Positions 9,592 to 20,000 of a stretch of DNA of 64,000 bases are shown in pieces (within the stretch, counting starts at the first letter, position 1; each line of letters begins with the position of its first letter). The notes under the pieces were generated by a model. That model did no database searches. It saw only the letters and a list, made by a program, of their open reading frames with translations, and was not told the origin of the DNA. Source of the DNA: Leptolyngbyaceae cyanobacterium (GTDB lineage Bacteria > Cyanobacteriota > Cyanobacteriia > Phormidesmidales > Phormidesmidaceae); assembly GCA_965263355.1 (NCBI GenBank), contig CBDHHL010000029.1:1-64000 (forward strand), in the 5' to 3' direction. A program made the position numbers and the translations under genes.

Positions 9592-9909
9592 ATGAATTAC
9601 GAAAAACTCCGTCAAGCCGTGCGGAATAAAGCAGGCGATAAAACGGCCAAGAATCTATCTCTTGCGATAAGGGTTAGCGAATCGACACTTAGCCGCCTGC
9701 TCTCTGGTGGGTCCGTCACCTTGGAGACTTACGAGCGCCTGTGTGACTGGCTAGGTTGTTCTATGGACGAATTCAGGGAAGCCCCCGTTGAGTCTATGGG
9801 TGAAAGAATGCTGAACTTAGCTGCTCGACTAGAGGGTTATTCGACTGCTGCTAAACCCATTGAGGTAATGATGCAAGCAATTATTGAGGAATTCGGAGAT
9901 CATGACTGA
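9592..9909 (+). CDS. XRE-family HTH transcriptional regulator
   Basis: LSLAIRVSESTLSRLLSG..VTLETYERLCDWLGCSMDEF. Confidence 0.8.
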   Translation: MNYEKLRQAVRNKAGDKTAKNLSLAIRVSESTLSRLLSGGSVTLETYERLCDWLGCSMDEFREAPVESMGERMLNLAARLEGYSTAAKPIEVMMQAIIEEFGDHD

Positions 9910-12055
9910 CTTACTAACTGGCCAGGTGCGTTCTGTCCGATTCAAGGCAGAGGATACAGGGTATGTAGTTCTCGCTTTTGACCCACATGACGAATTCGAC
10001 ACCATCACCATTGTTGGCACTATGCCTGACGTTCAGCAGGGTGTTGATGTTGAGTTAAAGGGTGACTGGATAGAGCATCCAAAGTATGGGAGACAATTCA
10101 AGTTCGACCGATATAAGTTCCCCCAACCATCTTCAAAAGAAGGCGTCATTGCCTACCTGTCTACTCTCAAGGGCGTTAAGGAAAGTTTAGCTAGACGGAT
10201 TTACGAGAAATTTGGCGATGCTGTTTTTGACTTGCTAGACAACAATCCTGATCGGTTGATCGAAGTGAGAGGAGTTGGGCCTAAGACACTGCCAAAGATG
10301 ATTAAGTCTTACCAAAACTCCAGGGAACTGAGAACTATTATCGAGTTTCTTCAGGAGTTAAGCGTGAGCGCTGGTTATGCGTCAAGAATCTGGAAAGAGT
10401 TTGGGGATGCAGCTGTTGGCGAGATTAAAAAAGACCCCTATAAACTATGCGATCGCGTTCGTGGGTTTGGGTTTAAGCGAGCTGATGAGGTAGCTCTTGG
10501 CCTGGGTATTGGTGCTGTTAGCAAAACTCGGCTAGCCGCTGGGATTAAGTATGTCTTGAAAGAAGCCGCTAGCTTTAATGGGCATTGCTATCTCCCCACT
10601 GACGAGTTGCTGGCCAAAGCTGCAGCATTACTGAAGTTGCCAGGGGTGGCTATCCAGTCCAGTGATGTGGCCGCAGTATGCCAAAAAATGCAGTCCATTA
10701 TCCAAGAAAGAGATCGAGTTTACCTTGACAAATATTGGAAGGCTGAGCACGAATTAGCTGATGCCATTGTTGCTCAGTGTGGCGCGCTGCCACACGACCA
10801 AGGGCTTAATCTGTGGTTGGACAAATACGACCTAACCAATGCTTTCCCATTAGGGAGTGACCAGCGTAAAGCAGTTCAGATGGTCGCACAAAGTCAGCTG
10901 TCAATCATCACAGGTGGTGCTGGTGTGGGCAAGTCCAGTGTGGCAAAAGCCATCATTGAATACTGGGATAGTCAGGGCAAAAAGATTGTCAGCTGCGCAC
11001 CGACCGGCAAAGCTGCTCAGCGGATCAAAGAAGCGACTGGGGTAAGTGCATCGACTATCCACCGGTTACTTGGTTGGACTGGCCATGGGTTTGAGAAGGA
11101 CGGCGAGAACCCAATTGAGTGCGATGCCATCCTGATCGATGAAACCTCTATGCCCAATCTGGAGTTAATGAACTCATTGTTCAGGGCAATTCCTGCGCAT
11201 GCTTCAGTGTTGATGATTGGTGACCCTAACCAGCTGCCTTGTATTGGAGCGGGCAATGTCTTAAAAGACGCGATCGAAAGTGGACTGCTGCCAGTCAAAG
11301 AGTTAACCCAGGTATTTCGACAATCTGGCGACAGCCGGATTATTCAGGTATCTCATGACATCAATGCAGGTCGTTTCCCCTGCTTTCAGCGGGTATCACG
11401 TAACACTGAGATTGTGACTGACGCACTGTGGGTGGCATGTGATCAGGCAAAAATACCAGTAGCTATTCAATGGTTGCTTAGAGAATGCTTGCCAACAATG
11501 GGCATCCCCAACAGCGACATCCAGCTACTTAGCCCGCAACATCGTGGTGATGTGGGCAATATTGCACTCAATCAAATGGTGCAGGACATATGGAATCCCA
11601 AGCCTGTCCAGGAGCTATCTGGATGGCGATTAAATGACCGAGTGATACAAACCAGTAACGACTATGACAAAGGCGTATTCAACGGCGACATAGGTGTCAT
11701 CGAGGGGATCAACACCGAAGACAAGGAGTTTACTATTCGGTATCCCTGTTCGGAGTCACCCGACGGTAAAGCTGTAGTGTATGCCAGTGGTGAGATGTCT
11801 GATGTGATGCTGGCTTACTCAATCAGTGTCCACAAATCCCAGGGCTCTGAGTTCCCTGTGGTGGTTATCCCAGCAACGATGCAGCATTATATGATGCTCA
11901 AGCGGAACCTGTATTACACCGCCGTCACCCGTGGCAAAAAGCTGGTGATTATGGTGGGCGAGGAAAAGGCGATCCAGGTGGCCGTTAAAACCCAAACGTC
12001 CGATAGTCGGAATACGACTTTGGTGGATAGGCTTTATCAGCAGCTAAAGGGTTAG
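9902..12055 (+). CDS. recD2: RecD2/TraA-family SF1B DNA helicase
   Basis: N-terminal OB-like region (HPKYGRQF), HhH motifs, GGAGVGKS, IDETSM, GDPNQLP, AYSISVHKSQGSEF, YTAVTRGK. Confidence 0.92.
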   Translation: MTDLLTGQVRSVRFKAEDTGYVVLAFDPHDEFDTITIVGTMPDVQQGVDVELKGDWIEHPKYGRQFKFDRYKFPQPSSKEGVIAYLSTLKGVKESLARRIYEKFGDAVFDLLDNNPDRLIEVRGVGPKTLPKMIKSYQNSRELRTIIEFLQELSVSAGYASRIWKEFGDAAVGEIKKDPYKLCDRVRGFGFKRADEVALGLGIGAVSKTRLAAGIKYVLKEAASFNGHCYLPTDELLAKAAALLKLPGVAIQSSDVAAVCQKMQSIIQERDRVYLDKYWKAEHELADAIVAQCGALPHDQGLNLWLDKYDLTNAFPLGSDQRKAVQMVAQSQLSIITGGAGVGKSSVAKAIIEYWDSQGKKIVSCAPTGKAAQRIKEATGVSASTIHRLLGWTGHGFEKDGENPIECDAILIDETSMPNLELMNSLFRAIPAHASVLMIGDPNQLPCIGAGNVLKDAIESGLLPVKELTQVFRQSGDSRIIQVSHDINAGRFPCFQRVSRNTEIVTDALWVACDQAKIPVAIQWLLRECLPTMGIPNSDIQLLSPQHRGDVGNIALNQMVQDIWNPKPVQELSGWRLNDRVIQTSNDYDKGVFNGDIGVIEGINTEDKEFTIRYPCSESPDGKAVVYASGEMSDVMLAYSISVHKSQGSEFPVVVIPATMQHYMMLKRNLYYTAVTRGKKLVIMVGEEKAIQVAVKTQTSDSRNTTLVDRLYQQLKG

Positions 12056-12130
12056 TAGAATTGCTAAAATATAAGCACCGCCTACGTTTTGGAGCCGTTG
12101 CGGTGCTTACTGGAGTTTCGAATTTTCATC

Positions 12131-13411
12131 ATGAGTATAACAGATTTTATGCAGGGTTGGCTTCAGAGTGAAGAGTCCGCCCGTGACTGCATTAACGTCA
12201 AACGCATTTACATCGATATCAACGATGGGAACCTAAATGACGGGGTAATTTTCAGTCAAATCATGTTTTGGCATGGCAACAACCTAGAAACTGGTCAACC
12301 CCGACTAAAGATCAAAAAGCATGGCCACCTTTGGCTGGCTAAAGCCTACAAAGACTGGGTTGATGAATGCAGGATTAAGCCAAGAAGAGCTAGGACCGCA
12401 ATTGAGAACATTGAGCAAAGAGGGCTAATAGAAACCAACGTCTGGAAATTTAACGGGACGCCCATGCTCCACATCAGAGTTAAGTGGGAGGCGCTGGAGT
12501 CCGCCATTAAGGACAAAAAGAGCAAAAACAGGGCTGAAACCATTGGAAACACTGGAAGTGGCAGAAATCGTCAAATCGATGTGGCAGAAAGTGGCAGATC
12601 GAAGTGGCAGAAATCGTCACTTCCATTAACAGAGACTACTAGCAAAGAACACAAGTCAGCTGCTACGCAGCTTTATACAGTAGCTCCGCTACTTTATAAA
12701 GAGACAGGCAAGCTGCCTCCGCCTAAAGTGATTCCTGAGGAATGCACTGCCGCTGACTCTTCCTTTTTTGATTTGTCTGGCCAGGGAGTTCAAGACTCAC
12801 CACTGACCCAAGGCGATCAAGTAGCATCACTGACCGACTACGCCACTGACCCCAATGATTCTTCTGGCCAAAAAGCAATCACCCTACCGGAGATTGAAAA
12901 GGTTCCGCAACGTTCGAAAAGACTGAACAAACGTGGAGCGCATAGGACTAAGCTTCAGTACGACAAGCGCGGATGGCTGCAGCTGCCCTATGGGAAGCTT
13001 TACAAACTCCCCCGCTGGATGGCAACACGCATCATGCAGTATGAGCTAGCTTTTGACTACTTGGACTATGAGCTAGCTGGAACGGCCCCTGACGGCAGTT
13101 TAGTGGTTGAAGGTAAAGATGGGACCATGACCCTAGATACAGCCTTTGGAGGGCCGCACAGCGGCGGCAGGTTGCCTTTGCAGCTGCTTAGGGATTGTGC
13201 GACTCAAGATCGTGGCCAAAGCCGCACAATCGATCAGGAGTGGTACAACGAAGAGCTGCAGCTTCAGTTTGAGCAATGCGTAAATTGGTGCGAACGCATG
13301 GGGCCTGATGCGTTGACTGTAATCAATGAAAGAGGGCTACTAAGTCTATTCACCGAGTATGCAGAGGGTGCCGACAATCGACGCTATGAATGGGACGAGG
13401 TTGAGGGATAG
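12131..13411 (+). CDS. Phage replication initiator-like protein (N-terminal wHTH)
   Basis: IFSQIMFWH..WLAKAYKDWVDEC..ARTAIENIEQRGLI wHTH pattern, followed by internal iteron-like repeats. Confidence 0.6.
   Translation: MSITDFMQGWLQSEESARDCINVKRIYIDINDGNLNDGVIFSQIMFWHGNNLETGQPRLKIKKHGHLWLAKAYKDWVDECRIKPRRARTAIENIEQRGLIETNVWKFNGTPMLHIRVKWEALESAIKDKKSKNRAETIGNTGSGRNRQIDVAESGRSKWQKSSLPLTETTSKEHKSAATQLYTVAPLLYKETGKLPPPKVIPEECTAADSSFFDLSGQGVQDSPLTQGDQVASLTDYATDPNDSSGQKAITLPEIEKVPQRSKRLNKRGAHRTKLQYDKRGWLQLPYGKLYKLPRWMATRIMQYELAFDYLDYELAGTAPDGSLVVEGKDGTMTLDTAFGGPHSGGRLPLQLLRDCATQDRGQSRTIDQEWYNEELQLQFEQCVNWCERMGPDALTVINERGLLSLFTEYAEGADNRRYEWDEVEG
12555..12619 (+). repeat. Iteron-like repeats (putative origin) inside initiator gene
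   Basis: GTGGCAGA x4, including two identical GAAGTGGCAGAAATCGTCA (12555, 12601). Confidence 0.7.
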
Positions 13412-13483
13412 CCTAATGACGTGCTGAGCTATTACTTTTGGGAGGCTTGGGGAAGGGCTTTGCAGAGGATTGCTTGATGAGTA

Positions 13484-13885
13484 TTAAGCCCTAGTCCAGA
13501 TTGCTGTGAACTTTTCCCCGATCTTCTGAGCTGCGGTTGGATTGGATAGGCCAATACTGCACTCAATTCGACCACTGCCTAGGTCAGGGAGTGTGCATTC
13601 CCCGATAGGTCGCTGCTGCTGTCTGAGTTCTTTGGGAAATTTATAATTCCGTCTATCGTTTATCCAGCCCCAAAACAGATAGTCATATGTATTGGCCCCA
13701 GGGAATTGGTTTTGGATGATGTTGTTAGCGTCATTCGCCCCAGTGATTGGCACTAGGCGCACTGGGATGACCAACGAACTAGAGCCAGACGGTGCGCCAC
13801 CTTCTCCATCGTCAGAGATCGCCCTGGCTAATCGGAATGTGATATCGACGGCGGTTGCACCAGTGTTTTTGGCAATCCAAGTCAT
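13484..13885 (-). CDS. Putative head-closure/neck protein
   Basis: Size and position after the adaptor-like gene; beta-rich; function inferred only. Confidence 0.35.
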   Translation of the reverse strand: MTWIAKNTGATAVDITFRLARAISDDGEGGAPSGSSSLVIPVRLVPITGANDANNIIQNQFPGANTYDYLFWGWINDRRNYKFPKELRQQQRPIGECTLPDLGSGRIECSIGLSNPTAAQKIGEKFTAIWTRA

Positions 13886-13910
13886 GGTTTTATCCTATTT
13901 AGTCGTGACT

Positions 13911-14249
13911 TCAGCCCCTTTCCCATACTTCATTACTCAGTACATAGGGCTCCCCTTGCCCGAGAGTATAGACCAGCGTCTTGTTCGCATCCATAGAAAT
14001 CCGCTTCACTTCTGACGGATGCATTGGGACAATTTCTTGGTTTCTGTTGGCCCACTGTGCTGTTATCAGTGTGGCTGCTTTCCGCTGGACATCTTCCCAA
14101 CGGCTAGAGAAATACAGCAGATAAATGAGATTAACAACAGCAGTCATCGTTGCGCTATTAGTACTCCCGCCTACGAGGTCTGATATTTGTTGCCAGCGAT
14201 CACATACCGCGTCAGATAGTCCGGTCGCTCTAATCTCTTTGTTAGCCAT
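13911..14249 (-). CDS. Putative head-tail adaptor
   Basis: VQRKAATLITAQWANRNQE resembles the HK97 gp6/SPP1 gp15 adaptor motif. Confidence 0.4.
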   Translation of the reverse strand: MANKEIRATGLSDAVCDRWQQISDLVGGSTNSATMTAVVNLIYLLYFSSRWEDVQRKAATLITAQWANRNQEIVPMHPSEVKRISMDANKTLVYTLGQGEPYVLSNEVWERG

Positions 14250-14312
14250 TGCGATTTTCCAGGATATCTGGAATTTTAACTTAATGGCAGGATCTTCAGC
14301 CATGCTGTACTC

Positions 14313-14714
14313 ATGGCTACTGTACTCATCAACCAACCAGCTATTTACAATGCACTGATTAGCGGACTGCAGGACACAGCCCGCGAACTTGATCAGGCGT
14401 ATACGACTGCCATCGAATCCCCTCGCTATGGATGGCCAGGAGAAACACTCCGACGGTCAGGAGAACGCGCTGGGACAACTAGAAATATCGTTGACCTGGG
14501 GGCATTCCGCGACTCTCAAGAATATCGATTCATTAATCCATTCTTAGCGGAATTTAGCTGGGGAGGAGGCAGCGTGGACTATGCCCCACAAGTATTTTTT
14601 GGCTATACAACCACTGCCGGGAACAGCTTCCCCGCCCGCAACCCAGTAGCAGAAGCCCATAAAATTACAGACCCTACTGAGTTATTTGGCGATAGCGTCA
14701 GGAGGTATGCGTGA
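14313..14714 (+). CDS. HK97 gp10-like neck/tail completion protein
   Basis: RNIVDLGAFRDS and DYAPQVFFGY motifs. Confidence 0.6.
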   Translation: MATVLINQPAIYNALISGLQDTARELDQAYTTAIESPRYGWPGETLRRSGERAGTTRNIVDLGAFRDSQEYRFINPFLAEFSWGGGSVDYAPQVFFGYTTTAGNSFPARNPVAEAHKITDPTELFGDSVRRYA

Positions 14715-15154
14715 GCGTCACTCTACAAGAACTCCGCAGCCGAATAGCAACAGCGCTGGCCAGCGAGTTAGGGACCAAAACATATATGGTTCGGGGTGGG
14801 GGAGAAGTGACGGTTCAGGCGCTCACTGTCGATGATGGCAGTGTAAAAACTGTTGGTGGGAAGACCTGGGAACAAAAACCCGTTAAACATACTGGCCTGG
14901 AATGCGTAATTGAGCCAGAGATTGACAGCAATATTCAGCCGTTAATTACCCCTGGCGACTATTTCCTAACTCACACTACACGGATCACGCTGAAGCAGTT
15001 TGACCTGTCTAGCACTGTAAAAACTGCGCGGTCTCTTTTGCTGCAGGAATTAACAAGCTTAATTGACGTTGTAGGGCCACGCATCGTTAGGAACGCTGGA
15101 ATTCAGTCAGTTGAGCAACAAAGTTTCGAAATCATTCAAAACGCGAGGTCTTAG
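14711..15154 (+). CDS. Putative tail terminator
   Basis: Position between gp10-like and tail tube genes. Confidence 0.4.
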   Translation: MSVTLQELRSRIATALASELGTKTYMVRGGGEVTVQALTVDDGSVKTVGGKTWEQKPVKHTGLECVIEPEIDSNIQPLITPGDYFLTHTTRITLKQFDLSSTVKTARSLLLQELTSLIDVVGPRIVRNAGIQSVEQQSFEIIQNARS

Positions 15155-15423
15155 CTATGCCATCACAGCCGCAAAACAAAGAAATTACAGATCCAACCTT
15201 GGTTTTAGGTTTTTTAGATCCAACTACAGGGCAACTTATCGCGACAGCTAGCATTGAGCTTTTGCCAGCATCGAACTTGCTCAGAATTATTGCTCTAAAA
15301 GATATCCCTGAGGGAGCTACCGCTTGCCTGCCTTTGAATCAAGCTTCAATAGCGCAAACCCAGTCTACTCAGACTCAAACTCCAACGTTTTCTAGTTTTG
15401 ACCATAAATAGGAGAGATTAATC

Positions 15424-16134
15424 ATGCCTGCTGCTGGACAACCGTTCACTCCGCCACAAGCGAAAAATGTTATTCCTCGATGTGCACTTATCCCAACGGG
15501 AAGTACAGCCAGACCCGTAGCTGGCACCTTCACCACATCAGGCTCAACAGATGTAACGACCGAGGGAACCGCTGAGTCAGTTACAGCTACGTTGTCAGCC
15601 GCCATCAGTAGCGTTGTCCAAGTTGGGCAATGGCTTGAGTTTGTTGCCCCTGCTGGAACCTCTGTCTTAGCTCAAGTCCGTACTCTGTACAACGCAGCAG
15701 GGACTAGCCTTGAGCTAACAGCTAATGAGACTATTCCGACAGGTTCTACAGCTGTATTCCCGGTCGTAGGCAGAATCAGGCAGTCAGCTGATTTGGCTGA
15801 GACTGTCGCGACTACAGCGTTTAGCTCATTTGATCACAGCTCTTCTGACGTGAGTATCGGGGAGGGCTCAGGGACATTAACTGTCAATGGTGGTTACAAC
15901 TACTATGACGCGTTTGTCGCGACTGCTAAATACGCCAAAGACAACAACCAGAAGTTGTATGTTGAGCGAGAATTGCCATCGCCCGATGGCAGCGTGTTTA
16001 CTACAGGCCCCATCGACTGGGCGATCGCAATCCTGACGGGGCTAACCTCCAACGCTCAGGATGGTTCTAACGTAGGGGCAGACACGACATTCACCATCTC
16101 TGGTGCTGTTAACCGCATCGAGCCTCAAACTTGA
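15424..16134 (+). CDS. Probable major tail tube protein
   Basis: Strong AGGAG RBS; T/S/A/G-rich beta protein upstream of the chaperone and tape measure genes. Confidence 0.65.
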   Translation: MPAAGQPFTPPQAKNVIPRCALIPTGSTARPVAGTFTTSGSTDVTTEGTAESVTATLSAAISSVVQVGQWLEFVAPAGTSVLAQVRTLYNAAGTSLELTANETIPTGSTAVFPVVGRIRQSADLAETVATTAFSSFDHSSSDVSIGEGSGTLTVNGGYNYYDAFVATAKYAKDNNQKLYVERELPSPDGSVFTTGPIDWAIAILTGLTSNAQDGSNVGADTTFTISGAVNRIEPQT

Positions 16135-16335
16135 TGAAGATTTTTAGTAACCGTGACGTGTTTGTGCTTGGTGAGGTTCGACCTGGCGGGATTTGGGCTA
16201 ATGCTGTTTGGCTGAGGCTCAAATCCATGCCAGGGACTACTCAAGAGCTATGGAATCGCTTAGAGCAAACTATCCATGGAACGGTTGAGATTCCTCAAAA
16301 AACAGACCAGATCCACACTGACATTTTTTTGCCTT

Positions 16336-16803
16336 ATGTTACTGCCCTGGAAGATCGAGTCCAAGAAACGAATAATTGAAGCTGATGGCATCAAGATTGA
16401 GTTGCTTGATTACGGGTCTTTACTGATCGGTGAAATGGACTTCTTGAGGGCATTATCGACCGACAAGAGTTTGTCGGATCAACAATTTGCCAAGCAGTTT
16501 GTTGCTTACTGCCTTCGTTTCCGCTACGAGATTGCGGAAGAAATAACAGACGAGGAAATCCTAAAAGGGATGCCTGTTGTGTTACTGACTAAGGTTTTTA
16601 ACTTTTTAGTGTACGGAGATGAAAACAAAAAGCTTGCGGAGGTAAAGCCAGCCACAAAAAAGCCAAAAGCATTGATACAGGAGGACTCTACTGGAGACTG
16701 CAGCTCTACTATCCAGGACACATCTACTTTGGCCAGCACTTCGAGCGATGCCCCATTAACGTTGCCAGCGCAGCAATCAGAACGTATGAAGAAAATCGCC
16801 TAA
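16336..16803 (+). CDS. Tail assembly chaperone (gpG-like)
   Basis: Position before tape measure; contains in-frame slippery A AAA AAG at 16656-16662. Confidence 0.65.
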   Translation: MLLPWKIESKKRIIEADGIKIELLDYGSLLIGEMDFLRALSTDKSLSDQQFAKQFVAYCLRFRYEIAEEITDEEILKGMPVVLLTKVFNFLVYGDENKKLAEVKPATKKPKALIQEDSTGDCSSTIQDTSTLASTSSDAPLTLPAQQSERMKKIA

Positions 16804-17060
16804 ACCAACTTAATCAGGAGTCAAGGGCAATCGCAAAACTTGGAGTAATTGTTGCCAGTTTAGCTGGGGTCAAAAACCCAGATACAGCATGGATAAATGA
16901 GTTTGAATTGGAGCTTAGGAAGCAAGAAATCAATGAGCTATTCTCTCCAACCTTGGCCCAAAGATATTTAGAGTTACGAGAGCAACGCATTATCCCCGCA
17001 TGGGTGGATGAGATGACTGATTTAGACACAATGAAATTAGCTGCATTTGAGTATGGTTGA
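16656..17060 (+). CDS. -1 frameshift extension of tail chaperone (gpGT-like), absent from ORF track
   Basis: The -1 frame is open from 16623 to TGA 17058-17060 (KSIDTGGLYWRLQLYYPG...AAFEYG) with no ATG until its last 16 codons. Confidence 0.7.
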   Translation, partial: KKAKSIDTGGLYWRLQLYYPGHIYFGQHFERCPINVASAAIRTYEENRLNQLNQESRAIAKLGVIVASLAGVKNPDTAWINEFELELRKQEINELFSPTLAQRYLELREQRIIPAWVDEMTDLDTMKLAAFEYG

Positions 17061-20000
17061 CGCTGGTAGAGTTATTTTTCAGGTTGGGATTGATCGCGTA
17101 TCAGCAGATCGCGCTATCTCTCAGCTTGAGCAGCGCTTTGCTGGGATTGGCGATATTGACCTAAAGATTCCTGATGCAGGCCCAGCAGCTAGAGCGGCTA
17201 GAACTGTTCAGGATGCTTTTTCGAATATCCAAATCCCCGAGTTTAATTTCAGCGCAAATACTCAGCAGTTGTCTCGTTCTGTTCAGTCAGCAAAAGATGA
17301 GCTACTGACCCTGGAACAAGCTATTGAGGGTCTGCAGAGGCAACGGATCGATGTTGAACTCAAAGTTGCCCGTGGGGACGCTGACTTAGCTAGGCTTGAC
17401 TCACAACTCCAAGGGCTCCGAGACAAAAGGATTCAGGTCGACGTTAATGCGCGGGCTGCAGCGGCTGAAGTGCAAGCTGTTGACGAACGGCTTAAGGCGC
17501 TAACTCGTGATGCAGTGCGGCTTGAGTTGGATGTTGAATCGGAGGAAGCCCAGCGCGAGCTGATAGATGTTAACGCTCGGATCGAAAAACTTGAATCACG
17601 TCGCGTCAAAGTGCAAGCGACGATTGACAATGTTGATTCTGAAGCAGCTAAATTTGAAGCAAAGATCAATGAGTTAGAAGCCCGCAGTATCAAAGTAGAG
17701 GCCAATACAGGAGATGCGAGGGCTCAACTAAACCAGCTAGATAGAACATTGGAGGGGCTTAGCGGGGATGATGCGGCTGCGACGTTAGACAGGCTGCAGC
17801 GAGAACTAGGCAGCACTGCCGACGCGGCCAAAAAAGCTGAGAACGAGACCAAATCTTTTAGCTCTGCTTTGTCTGGGCTTGCGGCTGGGGCTGCTTTTGC
17901 GGTGGTCGATCGGCTGGTTGACGCGTTTGGGGGCGCTGCTGAAGCGGTCGTTGGGTTCGTCTCCGAGACGCTTCAGGTCGGAGGGGCTGCACGGTCTGCA
18001 GAGTCAGCCTTGACTACGATTTTAGGCTCAGCTGAGGAAGCCCAATCGGTCCTACAGGATCTGTCAAACTTCGCTGCAACCACACCATTTGACTTGCCTG
18101 GCATTCGCTCGGCTGGCCAGCAACTTTTAGCTTTTGGATTTAACACTAATGAATTAATCCCAACGTTAGAGGCTATAGGCAATGTTGCGGCAGGCGTTAA
18201 CGTCCCCTTTGATGAACTAGCTGAAATATATGGGAAGGCAAGAGTCCAGGGTCGATTGTTCGCAGAAGACATCAATCAGCTAACAGGGAGAGGCGTCCCG
18301 ATTATCGCTGAGTTCGCGGCTCAATTTGGAGTGGCAGAATCTGAAGTTCGCGAGCTGGTTGAGTCTGGCCAGATAGGATTTGCTGAGCTAGAGCAGGCAT
18401 TTGTTAGCCTCACGGGGGAAGGCGGAAAATTCTTCGATCTACTAGGAACCCAGTCAGGAACGGTCGTTGGCCAAATCTCCAACCTAGGGGACACGGTCAC
18501 TCAGTTTCAAGAGCAATTATTCAAAGCATTCGAGCCTGCGCTGGGTGCTGGGCTCCAAACACTAACCGCAACATTAGAGGAAACCGCCAATAGCTCAGAA
18601 GCTTTAGATATTTTGAGTGCTGCTGGGGATCGACTCGCTGAATCTTTAAGTGCAAATCCAGAATTAACAGAACGACTAGGGGAAGCTTTGGCGAGCTTAG
18701 CAGATAGTGGCGCATCGGCTGTTGCTACGGTTCTTGACCGAATAGGCCAAGCACTAGAGAACCCTGAAAATATAGAAGCATTTGCGGAGGGAATTGAGAC
18801 ATCAGGGGAAGCGCTGGGGAATTTAGTAGAAATTGGCATAGCTGTAGCCGATGCCTTGATATTGGTAGGCTCAACTTACTCGTCACTTGTTGACACTGAA
18901 GCAGTTGCCTCAGGGCTAGGAGGCTTGGCTGATGCACTGCAGGCGATAGTATCTGTAGCCAGTAACGTTGTTGATGGACTTGGCTCAATCGCTGATGGCG
19001 TCGAACGGGTGTCTGGAGCTGTGCCAGGTTTGCGGAATGCGGTTGAAAATGTTGGCAGATTTGGCCCAGTCATTGGGACTGCAAAGACGGCGTTTGATAG
19101 CTTTTTTGGGGGCCAGGAAGCTGTAGCCGCCCCCGAAATTGATATATCTAACGCGGTTCCACAGCAAGATGAGCTGGATAAATTTGTAAGAGCCGCGAGA
19201 AGCAGCAATGAACAGATAGCCGCCGATTCTATTCAAGCTGCCAAGGCGGCAGCGCAGGCCAGATCTCGGGAAGATAAAAAGGCTGCTAAGGAATTCGAAG
19301 AAGCCCAAAAAGAAGCTTTGGCCAATATTGACATTGCCCAACAAAACCGCATTGCTGCTGTACGGCAGAATCAAGCGGCTGGCAATATTTCTGAGGAGCA
19401 GGCAGACGCACAGGTCAGTGAGATTGAGTCTGATGCAATTCGGGAGAGAATCCAACTGCGTGAGGATGAAATAGCGAAAATTGAAGACTTCGCTAGTCGG
19501 CAGGCCATCTCTGAAAAAGACGCTACGGATCAGATTAGGGCAGCCAGGGAGGAGATAGCAGACCTGACACTGGAAAGCATTGAAAGTGAAATTGATGCGC
19601 AAGATGCGGCTAGAGAGGCAGCCGAGAAAAAAGCAGAGGCAGCCAAAAAAGCCGCGTTAGAACAACTGGATGCGCAACAACGGCTAAACGACCTGCAGGC
19701 ACAGCAGGTTTCTATTCAGTCTGGAATCGCGTCAACTGCGCTCCAAGACCAGGCCAACCTGATAGGCGCTCAGGTTTCTTTAGAGCAATCTCGCCTGTCA
19801 CTTTCCCGTCAAACGCTCGAAGGGAAATTAGCTGAAGCGGAAGCAGCTGAAGACGTTGTGGCCGTTGAGGAAATAAGAGATCGGCTGCTTCTTAACCAGC
19901 GGCGATCTATACAAGCTGAATTCAACGCCCGCCGTCAACAGCTACAGATACAGCAGCAGCTAACCCAGCTAGACGCAGATCGACAGCTCAGACTAGGAGA

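Noticed and set aside
17433..19602. Long antisense ORFs within the tape measure gene (and similar shadow ORFs elsewhere)
   Set aside because: Expected shadows of biased coding sequence; no motifs
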